Of a DNA stretch of 64,000 bases, positions 1 to 13,199 are shown one piece after another. The translations under genes were made by a program, and so were the position numbers. Source of the DNA: Takakia lepidozioides (lineage: Eukaryota; Plantae; Bryophyta); NCBI GenBank assembly GCA_030704615.1, contig CM060732.1, positions 12,648,001 through 12,712,000 of the forward strand. Reading direction: 5' to 3'. Positions within the stretch are counted from its first letter, which is position 1; each line of letters begins with the position of its first letter. Below the pieces are notes generated by a model. The model was not told where the DNA came from and did not search any database. It was given only the letters and a program-made list of their open reading frames with translations.

Positions 1-2514
1 CAAGATTATTAACCATCTTGTTATCCTGCCACTTATCAAAGGCTTGTTCACCAGATAAATCAAAGCCCGATGATCCACATAAAACATAAACTTCCTTCCC
101 AATAGGTAATGCCTGAATTTCTTGACTGCATAAATCATTGCCAATGCTTCTCTTTCAGTTGTGCTATAGTTCCTTTCAGCACTGTTGAATAATCTGCTAG
201 CATAGTACACAGGTGAATCTATATTTCCTGTGATATTTTGGGCTAACACAACTCCCAATGCTTCTCCTGAGGCATCACAGTGTACATGAAATACTACGTG
301 CCAGTGAGGGTTAATCAGCACAGGTGTAGTTGTTATTGACAATGTTAGTTCCTCAAAAGCCTGTTGATATTTAGCTGTCCATGTAAACACTGCATCCTTC
401 TTCAGAAGCTTGCTCAAAGGTGCAGCCATCTGTGCATACCGTCTAACAAACCTTCTGTAATAACTGGTTTGTCCAAGGAATCTCCTTAGACTTTTAACAT
501 TTCCTGGTGGTGATGATGCTTTAACGGCCTCCGTCTTTCTAGGGTCCACAAGTAATCCCTTACACACAATGTGTCCCAGAAGTACCCCTGATTTCACACA
601 GAAAGTACATTTTTCTGGATTCAGACCCAGACCTCTCATCCTGCATCTAGCCAAACATAACTCCAATTATGCAAGTGCTCATTCTTAGAACTGTACACAC
701 TGAAATCATCTAAGAACACTTGCATGAAATCATCCAGATACTCATGGAAGGATTAACTTATCACTCTTTGAAATGTTGTTGGTGCATTACAAAGTCCAAA
801 AAGCATGACTTTGTATGCATAAGCACCCCACTCTGTGATGAAAGCTGTCTTTCCCTGGTCTTCTTCTGCCACCTGTACTTGGTTATACCCACAGAAGCCA
901 TCCATGAATAAGTACATCTCATGGCCAGCCACAGTGTCCAATACAGCCTCTATGAATGGCAAGGGAAAATGATCTTTCTTTGTACAAGCATTCAGCTTCT
1001 TATAGTTCACACACACTCTCAGTTTACCATTCTTCCTGGGAACTATCACAATGGGTGACAACCAAGTTGTATACTCTATCGGGTATATGAACTTAGCCTC
1101 AGCCAACTTCTTGATCTCTTCCCCAACCTTCTGTGCATAGTTGGGATTCATCCTATACCTTGCATGTGTGATTGGTACTGACCCTGGTTCCAATTCAATC
1201 TTATGCTAACAGATCTCAGGTGGTATCCCTTTCAGATCCTCATAACTCCACGCAAATACATCTCTGTATTTGATGAACAGACTCTTGGCTTCCTCAAAGA
1301 ATTCTGGCTCCAAATCAGCCCCCACTTTCACCAATATTGGTTCCTCCTCCGTTCCCACATTCACTTCTCTCACCTGCTCCTCAGTTGTGATTGTCCATCC
1401 AGCCACTACTTCATCCTGCAAACTCACAGTGGCTGGTTCTTCTAGGATTTCCATTCTCCCTCTCTTTCCTCATAGAAATGTGGTGGGTAACTACTTGTTT
1501 CACCCTCAATTGGAGTGGCTGTTACTGCACCACAGCAGATACCTTTAAAACAACTCAGACCTCCCAGTTGCATTTTTGCAACCTATTCCCACTCTGGGTG
1601 TGCAACAAACAGGGTAGCTTCCTGCTCCTCATCAAGTCCTCCCCTCCAGACATACTCTCTGACTCCACGAGGTCTTCTGGTAGCAGGTAGCCTACTGGAT
1701 TTCTTAGTGGTGACCTGTATCTTGTGCTTCCCATCATGTACAGTCAGTAACTGAAATTCCAGTCATGGAATACCCTGGCCTGTTTCAGCCATGGTCGACC
1801 CAGTAATAAGGAGTAAGCTTCCATAACATCGTCCATTTTCAACACAGTCACTGTGATCTTAAATATCATCTTCTGAATCTGTATCTTAACTCCCTTTATC
1901 AAGCCTAAAGGCTGTACACTCCTTTGATCTGCCATTGTTACTGTGAATGGGGCTGGTTTCATACTACTGAGACCAAGCTTCTGCCTTAATTGGTCTGTCA
2001 TGATATTCACCCCCGAGCCTCCATCTATCAGTACATCGGTCAAGTCTATGCTTCCGATTCTCAATTGGATTACTGGCATAGAATCATCAAAGTCCATGAC
2101 TATTTCTCGCCCTTCTGGCTTCACATTATAGCTTGTCACCTTGCTGTTCAAGTCTGTGTTCTCTGTCACATCAGCAATCTGATTAATCGCTTGATACAGC
2201 CTATGCCTACAATGAGGTGCCACAGCCAATAGCTGTCCAATGGTAATCTCAGCTTTGGTTTGGCATATTACTTCAGCCAAAATCCCTTCATTGTTGTGCA
2301 CTTGTGCAGCTTCTTACTTCACTTCCTCTTCACCCTCTCCATCTTCTCTATCAGAGTCAGGAGTATCTGTCAGGGGAATATCAGTATTCTTCTGCATTTC
2401 CCTTATGGTGTCTGCCACTTCCCTGTGTAGTTCCTTCTCATCTCTCCAAGGCTCATCATCTTTAGGCACGTCACTGTCATCCTCATTATCATCTTCTTCC
2501 TCATCCACTGGAGG
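1..2514 (-). pseudogene. Decayed non-chromoviral Ty3/gypsy (Phygy/Selgy-like) pol: gag tail, protease, RT, RNase H; continues past the left window edge
   Basis: Protease VLIDGGSGVNI (1744-2301). RT MNPNYAQKV..WLSPIVIVP..DHFPLPF..FGLCNAPTTFQR (753-1193) and catalytic VFLDDF near 700-720. RNase H-type text (HCDASGEALGVVL, RNYSTTEREALA) below 300. Several stops and frameshifts. Confidence 0.9.
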
Positions 2515-3238
2515 TGTCGCACACCTCAGTTCGGTAAACTCCCCTTCAAGTCATAGTTACTCGCTTTGATGCGCGCGCCTGACTCCCAACCTGGCCGCCG
2601 GGCCAACTTGGAGTTTCGGCTGCTCACCGGGACATAACGGTCCCCTTCCACTTCCCTCTAAACCCTCCACCTATTTGGGACTAGGAGAATTCCCTTTGGT
2701 AGATGGCAGTCCGGAACAGCTCCCCACTCTTTGGTCGCTTTTCGGCTCGCTCGCTTACTCACTAGTTTTTGGTCACCAACGGGCTTGCACCGTTCTCGGG
2801 GTTACTACTCCCTATATATACTTCTGTAGCTGTCCGCGGGGGTTTCATAACCAGCCATGCCATTTTATGGCGAACCACCACGAAAACCCTCGACTCCCGG
2901 TGGTGAGTCGCGGTGAGTCTTGGCCCACTCACCGCGGCCCCAATGGACCGTGATGAGTCCCAAGACTCCCCACGACTCCCACCTCGAGGTCTCCACCCCA
3001 TGGTGAGTCCTATGCCACCCCCACTAAGTCCCACTAAGCTACCACCACCCCTTGTGGAGCCACCTCCACCGCAACCCGGTGTGCGGGGCTCCACCTAGTG
3101 AGCGCCTCCGCCTCCTTGGGTGCCTTGGGCACTCAAGGGTGCTTCAGCCCCCCATACCTATCGCTGCCGCTGCCCCCACCACAGGGGCAGCCCCTCATGT
3201 GTCTCGACCCCCTGCCCTCAAGGCAAAGGGCCGCGACA
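2515..3238 (-). repeat. 3' LTR of element A (724 bp)
   Basis: Direct repeat of 8762-9484. The only difference seen is one extra T (gtcgcttttcggc vs gtcgctttcggc). Confidence 0.96.
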
Positions 3239-3250
3239 CACACCCCTACC
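3239..3250 (-). promoter_or_regulatory. Polypurine tract of element A
   Basis: Minus strand GGTAGGGGTGTG immediately precedes the 3' LTR start TGTCGC. The same motif precedes the LTR of copy C at 21146-21157. Confidence 0.75.
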
Positions 3251-4144
3251 AACAGGGAGTCGATGTCCTCATCGACTTGTCCATTTTGTAGAAACGAACA
3301 TCCAAGTTGTGGCGTCCCACATCAAGGAGTTTGTTTCCGTACCATGGCGTCCCATGGCAAAGAACCAAACCCCACACTTGACTCCACTCTCCACTAGCTA
3401 GTTCGGCCGACTTCCTCCAAGTCCCGGCCAAGGGTGGAGCCTCTCCAGCTCCTCCCAGTGCACTCTTCTTGGCCTACTTCAAGGCCAAGGAACGATCCTC
3501 CCCGAGGATCGAATCGCCTTACTGCAACAACATTGCTTGCGATCGCTCATGATGCCGCTTTTGGCATCACCTTGAGCAAGGGTTCACCTGGAACCCTCTT
3601 TGACTAGGAAGATAACCTTGAACCAACCGTGCGCCCCAATCACTACAATTGGGTCCGCCTTGGAATGCTGGCCTGAGGTACGGGAACACGCCGAAGCCGC
3701 ACTACGACTTCGTCCCGAGGCTACACGATTATAGTACGTGAACGGAAGCACGTAGCTTCCGCGTTAGCCCGCACTACAAGGCAACCCCCTCGGTAGCGCA
3801 GTTATAGTACGCGCACGCGCCAGGTGCGCACTAGCACTTGAACTCCCAATAAGGCGCAAGTTTCCTTGCCCCTTGGATGGGAGTCACCCGATTTCGGCAC
3901 TGCGCAAACACACGATTAACCCAATTTACCTCTCCCACTTTTGTAAGCTAGCATGCATTCTACACACCAGCCAACCACACCATGCATCACCATTCCAAAC
4001 ACAATAGGACGCACAATATTTGGAACCCATTTCTTTATCACAAATTTTTTTGTACAATACAAGTTTTTGCAATCGGATTCCTGAGCTAGCTAAACCGGGC
4101 TAAGCATGCATTTCCTCCCCCACGCTCCAAGGTTGATGTCCCCA

Positions 4145-7100
4145 TCAACGCTTCTTCCGCTTTTGAGGTCGCCCTTCGAACGCTGCAACTGCCTCGGATG
4201 CGTTTCCCATTTCTGAGGCACGCACCCAAGATGCCTCCACAAGATGATAGCCCTTCCATTTGACGAGATACTCCGTTTCTCGGTTCTTGAACCTCCTCGA
4301 CTTAAGTATTGCCTCCACCTCGTACTCGGGTTCATTTTCATGATCCAACAGCATAGGTGGCGGACGCAACACTTGCTGCCGATTCGGACGTGCTTCATCT
4401 TTGAAGTAAGGCTTCAAAAGGGAGACATGGAATACTGGGTGCACCTTGCTGTTTGCTGGCAGCTCCAATTCATACACATCCTCATTCATAACCCTCCGAA
4501 TGCGAAAGGGACCCGCATACGGAGGTACAAACTTCGGACTCATTTCCGGAGGTAGTCGAAAATTCTTGATGTTCAACCAGACCTCTGTGCCTGCCTCAAA
4601 CTTCACTTCCCTCCGCTTCCGATTCGCCTGCCTTTCATACCGTTTCCTAGCTTTGGCAATGTTGTACTTTGCGAGCTTCAACAAACGCTCGCGTTCTTCC
4701 AGTACCGCCGCTACTGCCGGTTCCTCAACGTCCTGGGCGGCCCAACTTGTCGGCACCAGAGGTGCTTTTCCATAGACCAACACAAAAGGGGAAACTCCCG
4801 TCGCGGAGTGTTCTGTGTTATTATAACAGAACTCTGCCGCGTCTAAGTGTTCCATCCAGTCTGATTGGTCTGCCGACACGTAATTCCGCAAGAATTGCTT
4901 CACTACGGAATTCACTCTTTCCGTTTGGCCGTCCGTCGTAGGTCGGAAGGCGGTGCTCATCTTCAGCCTCGTCCCCATCTTCTTCCAAAGTGCTCTCCAG
5001 AATTTACTCGTAAACTTTGGATCGCGGTCCGAGACAATATCCTTCGGGACTCCATGATGCTTTAAGACGTGGGCGAAGTAAAGTCGCCCTGTCTCCTGCG
5101 CAGTTGCCGTCTCCTTGGTGGGGATGAAATGGGCCATTTTACTGAACCTATCTACCACCACCATGATTGCATCGAATCCTTTTGACAGCGGCATAGCAGT
5201 CATGAAATCCATCGAGACGCTTTCCCAAGTCCCCTCTGGAATCGGCAAGGGTTGTAACAGCCCCGCTTGCTTTTTATACTCGCTCCGGTTTTGTTGGCAT
5301 GTGGTGCATGTCTTAACATACTCCTCTGCCTCCTCCCTCAGTTTGGGCCAGAAATACTCTTTCTTCAAGAGTGCCGCAGTGCGCTTGGCTCCACCGTGGC
5401 CCGCAAGCGGGCTATCATGGCATTCTCTCAAGAGACTATCCCTGATCCCTCCCTTTGGCACATAGAGACGTTTTTGCTTATACCGGAGCAGTCCGTTTTG
5501 CAAGTGGAACTGCGATTTAACCCCCATTCTCAAGTTCTGCATCACGTACTTTGCCAGCTCATCCTTCCGGCAAGCCTTCCGGATCTTCCTTTGGAGCGCC
5601 GTCTCGCCCTTGTACACCAACAAGAGCTGCTGCTTTCTACTTAAAGCATCGGCCACCACATTGTCCCGTCCCGGTTTGTACTGGATATCCACGTCGAACA
5701 CTGCCAAAGTATCTTGCCACCTAAGTTGTTTTGGGGACAACTTGGGCTGCGTGGCAAAATACTTCACCGTGACATTGTCCGTGAACACCTTCACTGGGTT
5801 GGAACCAACATAGTGGCGCCAGAGTTCAAGGCAATGTACCACCGCCTTCATCTCTTTTTCGTGCGTCGGCCACCGTCGCTCCACTTCATTCAGTTTCTTA
5901 CTTTCGTAAGCCACTGGACGTCCATCTTGCATAAGTACACCCCCAATTGCGAAGTCCGATGCATCTGTATGAATCTCAAACGGACGATCGAACTCCGGAA
6001 TTTTTAAGACTGGAGCTTCCGTCATCCGCTGCTTCAATTCAGCAAAAGCTTGGCCACAAAATGTGTTCCATACCCAGACTTTGGATTTATACAGAAGGTC
6101 CGACAGCGGCCCCACGATCTTGGCGAAATTTCTCACATACTTCCGGTAATAGGAGGCGAGTCCTAGGAAGGATCGCACTCCCGGGACCGAAGTCGGAGGC
6201 TCCCAGTCCAAGATCGCCCTCACCTTTCTGTCATCCATTTTGATCCCATCCTGTGTAATCACGTGCCCCAAGAACTCCACTTTTGTGACCCCGAATTCGC
6301 ACTTTGAAGCTTTGGCATACAGCTTCCCTTCTCGCAATTTTTGGAACACCCTTTTGAGGTGCTCCAGGTGCTCCTCCTTTGTTTTCGAGTACACCAAGAT
6401 GTCGTCGATGTACACGATCACAAAGTCATCCAACCACTCCTGGAAAAGGCTGTTCATCAGCGTGCTAAATGTCGCTGGTGCATTGGTGAGCCCAAAAGGC
6501 ATCACCAAGAACTCATATGAACCATACCTTGTCCTGCACGCGGTCTTCTCCTCATCTCCTTCCGCCACCCGAATTTGGTGATAGCCGGAGCGCAAGTCGA
6601 TCCGGCTGAAATACTTCGCTCCTGCCAACCGATCGAAGAGGTCGTCGATCCTTGGCAAAGGGTACCGGTTTTTGATAGTCACCTTATTCAGAGCCCTGTA
6701 ATCGACACACATCCGCAGCGTCCCATCCTTCTTGTCTGCAAATAGCACCGGGGCTCCGTAAGGTGACTTACTCGGCCGGATGTACCCCTTTGACATTAGA
6801 TCTTTGAGCTGAGTCTTCAGCTCGACCAACTCTTTGTGGCTCAACCGGTAGGGCGCCTTGGCAGGCGGTTCCGATCCCGGTATCACCTCAATTTTGTGGT
6901 CAACTCCTCTTCGCGGTGGCAAGCCGCTTGGTAAATCCTCCGGCATCACATCCTGGTATTTCTCCAAAATCCCCTTGATCCAATCTGGGCTCGGCTCCCC
7001 ATCGCCTTCTCCTTTCACTTCTCTAATGTAAAGCAAAAACTGGGACTCGTGTGTCTCCTCCACGGCCCACTCCTTTGCTGATAGAAGGTTTATTCGCCCT

Positions 7101-8707
7101 CCCACGGATTTGGGCGTTTCCGACACTCGTAAAACCTCGCCACCATTCCCACATGGCAGCGTGACTACTCTCTTGCGGCCATCTATGACCGCTCCGGATT
7201 TGCTCAAAAAGGTCATTCCCAAAATGAGATCCACTCCATCGATCTCGCAGATAGTGAAGTTCTCACGTCCCTCCCAACTCCCCAGTTGAAGAGGAACATC
7301 AAACGCCAACCTTGTCGCCAACTGAGGTTCTCCTTTGGCAGAGCGCACCTCAATAGAGGCCCCCACGTCACTTGTCGAGAGTCCCAACTTTCGCGCCGCC
7401 GCCGGCGTCATGAAGGAGTGCGACGCTCCTGTGTCCACCAACAACGACACATTAGTTCCGGATATTATCCCATCCACGAACAATAACTGACTCCCTTTTC
7501 GTAAGGCGCCAGTTTCCTGATACAACTCACAAGAAAATTTGCCTACCTTGCAAGTCCTGGCGACCACCGCTTCCACCAAGCGACTGATGGTATCTTCCGA
7601 CAGCTCCGTGGTCGCCCGAGTCATGTTCAATTGCCGGGGCTTCGTGCACTTCTTGGCCATGTGCCCGGGCTCCCCGCAATTGAAACACACTCCATCAAAG
7701 GTCGCCTTCTGTCCGCCATAAGTCGCTCCACCCGCTTTTCCTTTCGAAGCACCGGGTGCCGCCTTGACGTGTGAAGGACCTCCCTTCGATTTCCACGTGC
7801 CATTTTCGCCGCGTGGCCTATCCCACTTCTTTTCCGGTCGGGAGGAGTCACCTTCCCGCCGGGTCTTCTTGTGGTTCAGCTCCGTACGGCCTTGTCTCTC
7901 ACCCCTAGGGACATCCGAGAAACATTCAGCTCTCTCAATTGCCTCGTTCAAAGTCTTGGGTGGCTTCTCCTCCAACTTCCGCCTAGCCCATGGGGCCAGT
8001 CCCGCCACAAAGTTGAAGACCATTTCTGGTTCTGCCATGTCCGCGACTTCGAGCAACAGCACATTGAAAGCCTGGACATACCCCCGAATGTCATCTGTTT
8101 GCTTCAAATTCCTCATCTTGTCCCGGGCAAGCCAGGATGCGTTGAGGGGCACAAACTGTCTCTTCATCAATTCCTTGAACTCACTCCAGTTCAAGGTTTC
8201 CGGGCTTGGGCCTCGGTCGTGAAGGCGTTTCTGCCACCATTGTTGAGCATAGCCCCTCAAATAGGTGGGAGCCACTTCCACCCGATCCTCGTCACTCAAC
8301 TTGGCCGCCCGGAAGTACTGCTCTAGCTCCAGGAGCCAGGTGTTGAGTGCCTTCCGGTTTCGAACGCCCTCGAAGGTGCCGGGTTCCTTAGGCTTCACCT
8401 TAAACTTTGCCTTGGTGGAAGTGGCATTAGCCGCCTTCAACACGTCTTTCAACGTCCCGCCAAACTGCGCCAACAACCCTTCCCAAAAGGCTGCCGGCAT
8501 GGGAGGCATCTCTTGGTTTGTCGGAGCTCTCAAAGATTCCTCGGGCTCCGACTCCTCGGATTCCTCCCGCTCCTGAGCGGCCTCGCTTTCGGAAACATTA
8601 ATCGCTTCCTCAAACGGCCGCCTCGGTGACACGTCGCCCCCATCGGGCTCACCGGGATCATCATCTTTTGGGCCGTTCCGCTTTCGCTTCGGCTTGCCCG
8701 ACCCCAT
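4145..8707 (-). CDS. Gag-Pol polyprotein (Gag, Zn knuckle, protease, RT, RNase H, integrase, chromodomain), ~1520 aa
   Basis: First ATG at 8707 (MGSGKPKRK). [14 protein letters not shown] knuckle, LVDTGAS protease, YIDD RT, HTDASD RNase [13 protein letters not shown] plus DDE integrase, GPF motif, [19 protein letters not shown] chromodomain, basic tail PQKRKKR. Confidence 0.96.
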   Translation of the reverse strand: MGSGKPKRKRNGPKDDDPGEPDGGDVSPRRPFEEAINVSESEAAQEREESEESEPEESLRAPTNQEMPPMPAAFWEGLLAQFGGTLKDVLKAANATSTKAKFKVKPKEPGTFEGVRNRKALNTWLLELEQYFRAAKLSDEDRVEVAPTYLRGYAQQWWQKRLHDRGPSPETLNWSEFKELMKRQFVPLNASWLARDKMRNLKQTDDIRGYVQAFNVLLLEVADMAEPEMVFNFVAGLAPWARRKLEEKPPKTLNEAIERAECFSDVPRGERQGRTELNHKKTRREGDSSRPEKKWDRPRGENGTWKSKGGPSHVKAAPGASKGKAGGATYGGQKATFDGVCFNCGEPGHMAKKCTKPRQLNMTRATTELSEDTISRLVEAVVARTCKVGKFSCELYQETGALRKGSQLLFVDGIISGTNVSLLVDTGASHSFMTPAAARKLGLSTSDVGASIEVRSAKGEPQLATRLAFDVPLQLGSWEGRENFTICEIDGVDLILGMTFLSKSGAVIDGRKRVVTLPCGNGGEVLRVSETPKSVGGRINLLSAKEWAVEETHESQFLLYIREVKGEGDGEPSPDWIKGILEKYQDVMPEDLPSGLPPRRGVDHKIEVIPGSEPPAKAPYRLSHKELVELKTQLKDLMSKGYIRPSKSPYGAPVLFADKKDGTLRMCVDYRALNKVTIKNRYPLPRIDDLFDRLAGAKYFSRIDLRSGYHQIRVAEGDEEKTACRTRYGSYEFLVMPFGLTNAPATFSTLMNSLFQEWLDDFVIVYIDDILVYSKTKEEHLEHLKRVFQKLREGKLYAKASKCEFGVTKVEFLGHVITQDGIKMDDRKVRAILDWEPPTSVPGVRSFLGLASYYRKYVRNFAKIVGPLSDLLYKSKVWVWNTFCGQAFAELKQRMTEAPVLKIPEFDRPFEIHTDASDFAIGGVLMQDGRPVAYESKKLNEVERRWPTHEKEMKAVVHCLELWRHYVGSNPVKVFTDNVTVKYFATQPKLSPKQLRWQDTLAVFDVDIQYKPGRDNVVADALSRKQQLLLVYKGETALQRKIRKACRKDELAKYVMQNLRMGVKSQFHLQNGLLRYKQKRLYVPKGGIRDSLLRECHDSPLAGHGGAKRTAALLKKEYFWPKLREEAEEYVKTCTTCQQNRSEYKKQAGLLQPLPIPEGTWESVSMDFMTAMPLSKGFDAIMVVVDRFSKMAHFIPTKETATAQETGRLYFAHVLKHHGVPKDIVSDRDPKFTSKFWRALWKKMGTRLKMSTAFRPTTDGQTERVNSVVKQFLRNYVSADQSDWMEHLDAAEFCYNNTEHSATGVSPFVLVYGKAPLVPTSWAAQDVEEPAVAAVLEERERLLKLAKYNIAKARKRYERQANRKRREVKFEAGTEVWLNIKNFRLPPEMSPKFVPPYAGPFRIRRVMNEDVYELELPANSKVHPVFHVSLLKPYFKDEARPNRQQVLRPPPMLLDHENEPEYEVEAILKSRRFKNRETEYLVKWKGYHLVEASWVRASEMGNASEAVAAFEGRPQKRKKR

Positions 8708-8748
8708 GATGAGGCCAATCCCAAGGACGATCGCGTACTGAACTCTAA

Positions 8749-8760
8749 GCTCTGATACCA
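8749..8760 (-). promoter_or_regulatory. Primer binding site for initiator tRNA-Met
   Basis: Minus strand TGGTATCAGAGC lies 1 nt inside the 5' LTR end. Confidence 0.92.
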
Positions 8761-8761
8761 A

Positions 8762-9484
8762 TGTCGCACACCTCAGTTCGGTAAACTCCCCTTCAAGTCA
8801 TAGTTACTCGCTTTGATGCGCGCGCCTGACTCCCAACCTGGCCGCCGGGCCAACTTGGAGTTTCGGCTGCTCACCGGGACATAACGGTCCCCTTCCACTT
8901 CCCTCTAAACCCTCCACCTATTTGGGACTAGGAGAATTCCCTTTGGTAGATGGCAGTCCGGAACAGCTCCCCACTCTTTGGTCGCTTTCGGCTCGCTCGC
9001 TTACTCACTAGTTTTTGGTCACCAACGGGCTTGCACCGTTCTCGGGGTTACTACTCCCTATATATACTTCTGTAGCTGTCCGCGGGGGTTTCATAACCAG
9101 CCATGCCATTTTATGGCGAACCACCACGAAAACCCTCGACTCCCGGTGGTGAGTCGCGGTGAGTCTTGGCCCACTCACCGCGGCCCCAATGGACCGTGAT
9201 GAGTCCCAAGACTCCCCACGACTCCCACCTCGAGGTCTCCACCCCATGGTGAGTCCTATGCCACCCCCACTAAGTCCCACTAAGCTACCACCACCCCTTG
9301 TGGAGCCACCTCCACCGCAACCCGGTGTGCGGGGCTCCACCTAGTGAGCGCCTCCGCCTCCTTGGGTGCCTTGGGCACTCAAGGGTGCTTCAGCCCCCCA
9401 TACCTATCGCTGCCGCTGCCCCCACCACAGGGGCAGCCCCTCATGTGTCTCGACCCCCTGCCCTCAAGGCAAAGGGCCGCGACA
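8762..9484 (-). repeat. 5' LTR of element A (723 bp)
   Basis: Direct repeat of 2515-3238, with a TATATATA box at ~9059-9066. Confidence 0.96.
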
Positions 9485-12229
9485 GGAGGTGTTAGTTTAG
9501 CTTTGCTTCTGGTTACTATCATTGTACTTACTTCTGGTACAAAACATGGCCTAACCATGTGAGCTGCCACCAGTGGGCCCTCATTCATAGGAGCTCTCAT
9601 CTCATTCTGGTGCCTGATCTAGAATGGACAGGCTGCTTTACAATGTCCTGCCTGATTACAATAGTAACACAGTTCTTCACCATTGGGTCCTCGCCCTTGG
9701 TCTGCTCTGGGATTTTCCCCCATACCTCAGGCTGTGGTGGCTGTGGTGTGGTTGTGGTGTGGCTGTAGTAACAACAGGGTCAGCTACTGGCACAGTGACT
9801 TGTTGTGGTATTGGTGGCACTGGCTCTTGTACCATTGGCATCTCCTGCACCCCCTGCGAAGAAGACTGAAAAGCCAAAGTTCTGGCTTGTAAATAAGAAG
9901 CCATCAGCTGTTCCTCAGGTACAAAGGCTCTCTTGTCAACATTTGATGTCAGGTCCTCCACTTGTGTCTGCAGGCCGTCTACATCCTCCTGTAGCTCCGT
10001 TATTCTACTATAGACATTGTCTATAGTAGTTGTGGCAATATTCTACACTTGCAGTCTGAGCTCATTCATCTCACTTTGGGTGAGCTTTCGTGGTGCTTTG
10101 CCTTCCACCGGCCCTTGTGCTAACCAGACCTGCATAAGGTGGTTATCCACCAAGTTGCTTGGGGCACCCCTGAGAGTCTGCTCCTCTGTGAGCCTGTACA
10201 CATCTATCTGCTGCTGTAAAGCCTCCATGCACTTCGCATGAGGTTCAACCAAACTCGCATATGTAGCAGCCAGATTATTGGCTTCCTTCCAAGCCTTGTT
10301 AGCCACAGAGAGTTCATTTCTATTTACCATGAGCGTTTGTTGCAACTCCAGGATGTACCTCTCTTGGTCTGCTTCAACCTGCATGTATTGCTTGAAAGTA
10401 TTCTCATTGCGACAGATTGTATTCTTCATATCAACAATGAGAGTTGCCTTCTCGATATTCTCTGCCTCTACCTTCATTAATAACTCCCCTTGTTTGTTAA
10501 CTTCTAATGTCGCTTGGTGAAGAGTAGTTGTAAGTGTAGCACATTGTATGGCCATCTTGTCATGCACTGTCTGCAACTCTGTATGTAGTGCATTCACTTC
10601 TTGCAACTTGCTTTCATGCTTCACCTACATTTGGTATAGCTGTTGCTTATGTGCTTCGTGCAACTGGTCTTGCGCGAGGCCTGCCTCAATCAATTGTTCC
10701 TTGGCCAATTGCAAAGCAGCTTTTGTACTCTTCAAGTCTTGCTGTATCTTGAGAGTGACCTCCTCATCGACCTTGTTTGCACACTCAGTGGCAAGTCGAG
10801 CCTCAAACTCCTTCCTGAGTTCCTCCCTCAAAGCTGCCAATTGGGTAGTTGGAACATGGGATTTGACATAAGTGCCCAACAAATTAAGTGTCCTGCTTAT
10901 GGAACTCATAAGCATGGCCTGTTGAGGGTCATCATGGTGAGCTTGCTGCTGTTCTCCCTGATCCTCAACAATGTGATGCCTCACTAACCATTCAGGCCAT
11001 TGCCCCACCAGATTTTCTTCCTGAACCACTTCATCCGCTATAGGTGCTGCAGTGTCTTGACATTCTTCCTGTGGTACCTCCGTCACAGGTGTGGGTATTA
11101 TATGCACAGCAGGGTTTCCCTTGGACAACCGCTGCATCTCCAGAATCATTGTTTCCCTGACCAAGCCAGAATTTTCATAGAGAAGGTCCCCCTTCTCAAT
11201 TTCCGCCACCACCTGTTCTGTAGTGGGGATATCTAACCCTTCTTTCTCCAAATCAATTATTTCTGGTGGAACTGCATGGACAACTTGTGGTAACTCTGTG
11301 ACAAGCCGATCATCTGGCTGTCATGGCTGTGATACTGAAGTAACTTCCTCTTCCCTCTCTGAAGGTCCTGCTTCCAATAATAGTTGCTCTTTGTGCTGCT
11401 GTGCCCCTTTCTGCACAAGAGCTTGGGAAACATTATCATGCGGTTTTCGTGAAGCCAGTGGATCCGCCACTACAATCTTTCCCCGCCTCTGTCTCTTAGA
11501 CTGGGGTTGCCCTGCCAGTCCACCCTCACTGTGTAAAGAGCCTTGCTCTTCCATTGCAGTGGTTTCGACCTCAAACACTCCCATCTCCTTTCTTTCCCGA
11601 GCATCAAGTATGCAAGAATCAAGAATTATTTGAGCAATGATTGGGCCAGACAATATGATAGGAGACTTTGCGGCAGTGCCCTGTAATCTCTTCATCTCCT
11701 CTACCAGTGCGTTGTACATTATGTCCGCCCATGCTACCTCTTCTCCTCTCAGGGCTTTGAGTATTTCCTCTGTGAAGGATCTGCTCAAATACTGTTGGTT
11801 CTATTTCATGGCAAACAGAACGTTCAATACCTGGCCTACCTTCCTTAGCCCTGGGTACACGGCCTTGGTACAAGCGTAACCCTGAGTTTTAAAGAAACTC
11901 CCTTCTTGGAATAAGTCCCCTATTTGCAGTCTTGCCCTATGCTCCTCCACATGCACCTGACCTGATGGCAATTCAAACAATTGCTGTAGGTATAGGGGAG
12001 TAATTTCTAATTCAACTCCCTTCACCGTTATTGCTCCTGTCTTAGGCTCAAAATTCTACAAGAATTGTAACGTGTACTGCCTATGGTGCAATGTCCAATC
12101 TTTGCTTTGCAATCCTTCTAACCGCAGCTCCTTCAGTAACTGTACCGCCTGTGGAGTAGCAATCGTTTGTTTCTGCAGGATTGTGGTGCTCTTCAACCTG
12201 ATTTCTTCCATTCCTCTCGCTCTCTTCAT
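9485..12229 (-). pseudogene. Decayed long ORF of the host gypsy element: plant-transposon/env-like N-terminal domain, long coiled coil, then Gag zinc knuckle
   Basis: ORF pieces 12229-12056, 12025-11801, 11788-11321, 11251-10625, 10624-10043 and 9961-9677 share one frame and are separated only by in-frame stops. A single frameshift near 9730 leads to CYYCNQAGHCKAAC (9628-9669). That frame continues across the GGAGG TSD into the ORF at 2508. Confidence 0.75.
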
Positions 12230-12949
12230 TCTAGACCCACAGAAAGGTTTTGGCTGTAACAATTGAAGAAATGCCTGCAGGGCACAAAGAATAAACGTAT
12301 GGTTGCCACAAAAAGCTATGGATAATTTCTTGTAAGCCTGCGGGGCTTGCAAGCATCGATTAAGAGAAAAGATACTCTTTGTTCTTCTATCCCCGTGCCA
12401 CTGTGTAAGTAGTATCGCAAGCATATAGTCTGTTAGTTCCTCCATAGCTTCAAAGCTATAGCATTGATGGTCTGTCCCGTCGAGATGCCCGTTACTTGGA
12501 ACGACGCCGACTCTTGCGCTTAAAATCCCTCCATTTTCTTGATTTCGTTTCTTGGAAATTACCCTCTGCAGATAATTCTGGCTGGTGATTGGCCGTTGGC
12601 TGTGTGATTTGTTTTGTAATTTAATTTCCTTCCATGGATTTTCCACTCTAGACTGTCCACTAGGATAGCACATGTGACATGGATTTCGCTTTTCGGTACT
12701 TTTAAAGGGTTATGTTACCCTTTCCCTGTATGCATTAATGGGCCCATAATAAGTTAATGTGCCGGGTAGGTACTTTGACGGCCAATTTTGTCTTCTTCCC
12801 TGATGACAGTCGCCCTTGCAATCCATGTCCGGCTGTGTGTCTCGCCCTGGCGTCCACGTGTCCATTTCTACACGTGTCTTCGTCCACTTTTCCGCTGGCC
12901 ACTCTTTGGATGTCCACCTGTCACTGATCCTATGGATTGTGTAACCCTA

Positions 12950-13165
12950 GTAGGCTGTGCTGTGCTGTGACAGGTTGTGTCATACTGTGGTACGTTGTGA
13001 TAGGCTGTGTGGCATTGTGGTAAGCTGTGATAGGCTGTGACACGCTGTGATGGGCTGTGATAGGTTGTGTCATGCTGTGATGGGCTGTGATAGGCTGTGT
13101 CGCGCCGTGATGGGCTGTGATAGGCTGTGTTGCGCCGTGCTGGGCTGTGATAGGCTGTGTTGCGC
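12950..13165. repeat. Minisatellite, ~7 copies of a 30-bp unit made of 10-bp sub-repeats
   Basis: Unit tgggctgtga-taggctgtgt-cgcgccgtga. Reads as repeated TAYHSPSRRD-like peptides on the minus strand after the integrase tail. Confidence 0.9.
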
Positions 13166-13199
13166 CTATACTGCCCGCCCTGGTCATATACGTTCGGCC

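Larger units (their letters stand above)
2515..9484 (-). mobile_element. Full-length intact Ty3/gypsy chromovirus LTR retrotransposon (element A, Tcn1-like)
   Basis: TG..CA LTRs at 2515-3238 and 8762-9484. 5-bp TSD GGAGG at 2510-2514 and 9485-9489. PBS and PPT present. Single uninterrupted gag-pol ORF ending in a chromodomain. Confidence 0.97.

Noticed and set aside
2675-3431. Short Pro/Gly-rich ORFs in the LTRs (repeated at 8978-9562 and 20996-21868)
   Set aside because: GC-rich LTR sequence, frames not conserved between A and C, and no domain motifs.
8708-8761. ORF-track start of the 1538-aa polyprotein at 8761
   Set aside because: It is a TTG overlapping the PBS. The first ATG is at 8707.
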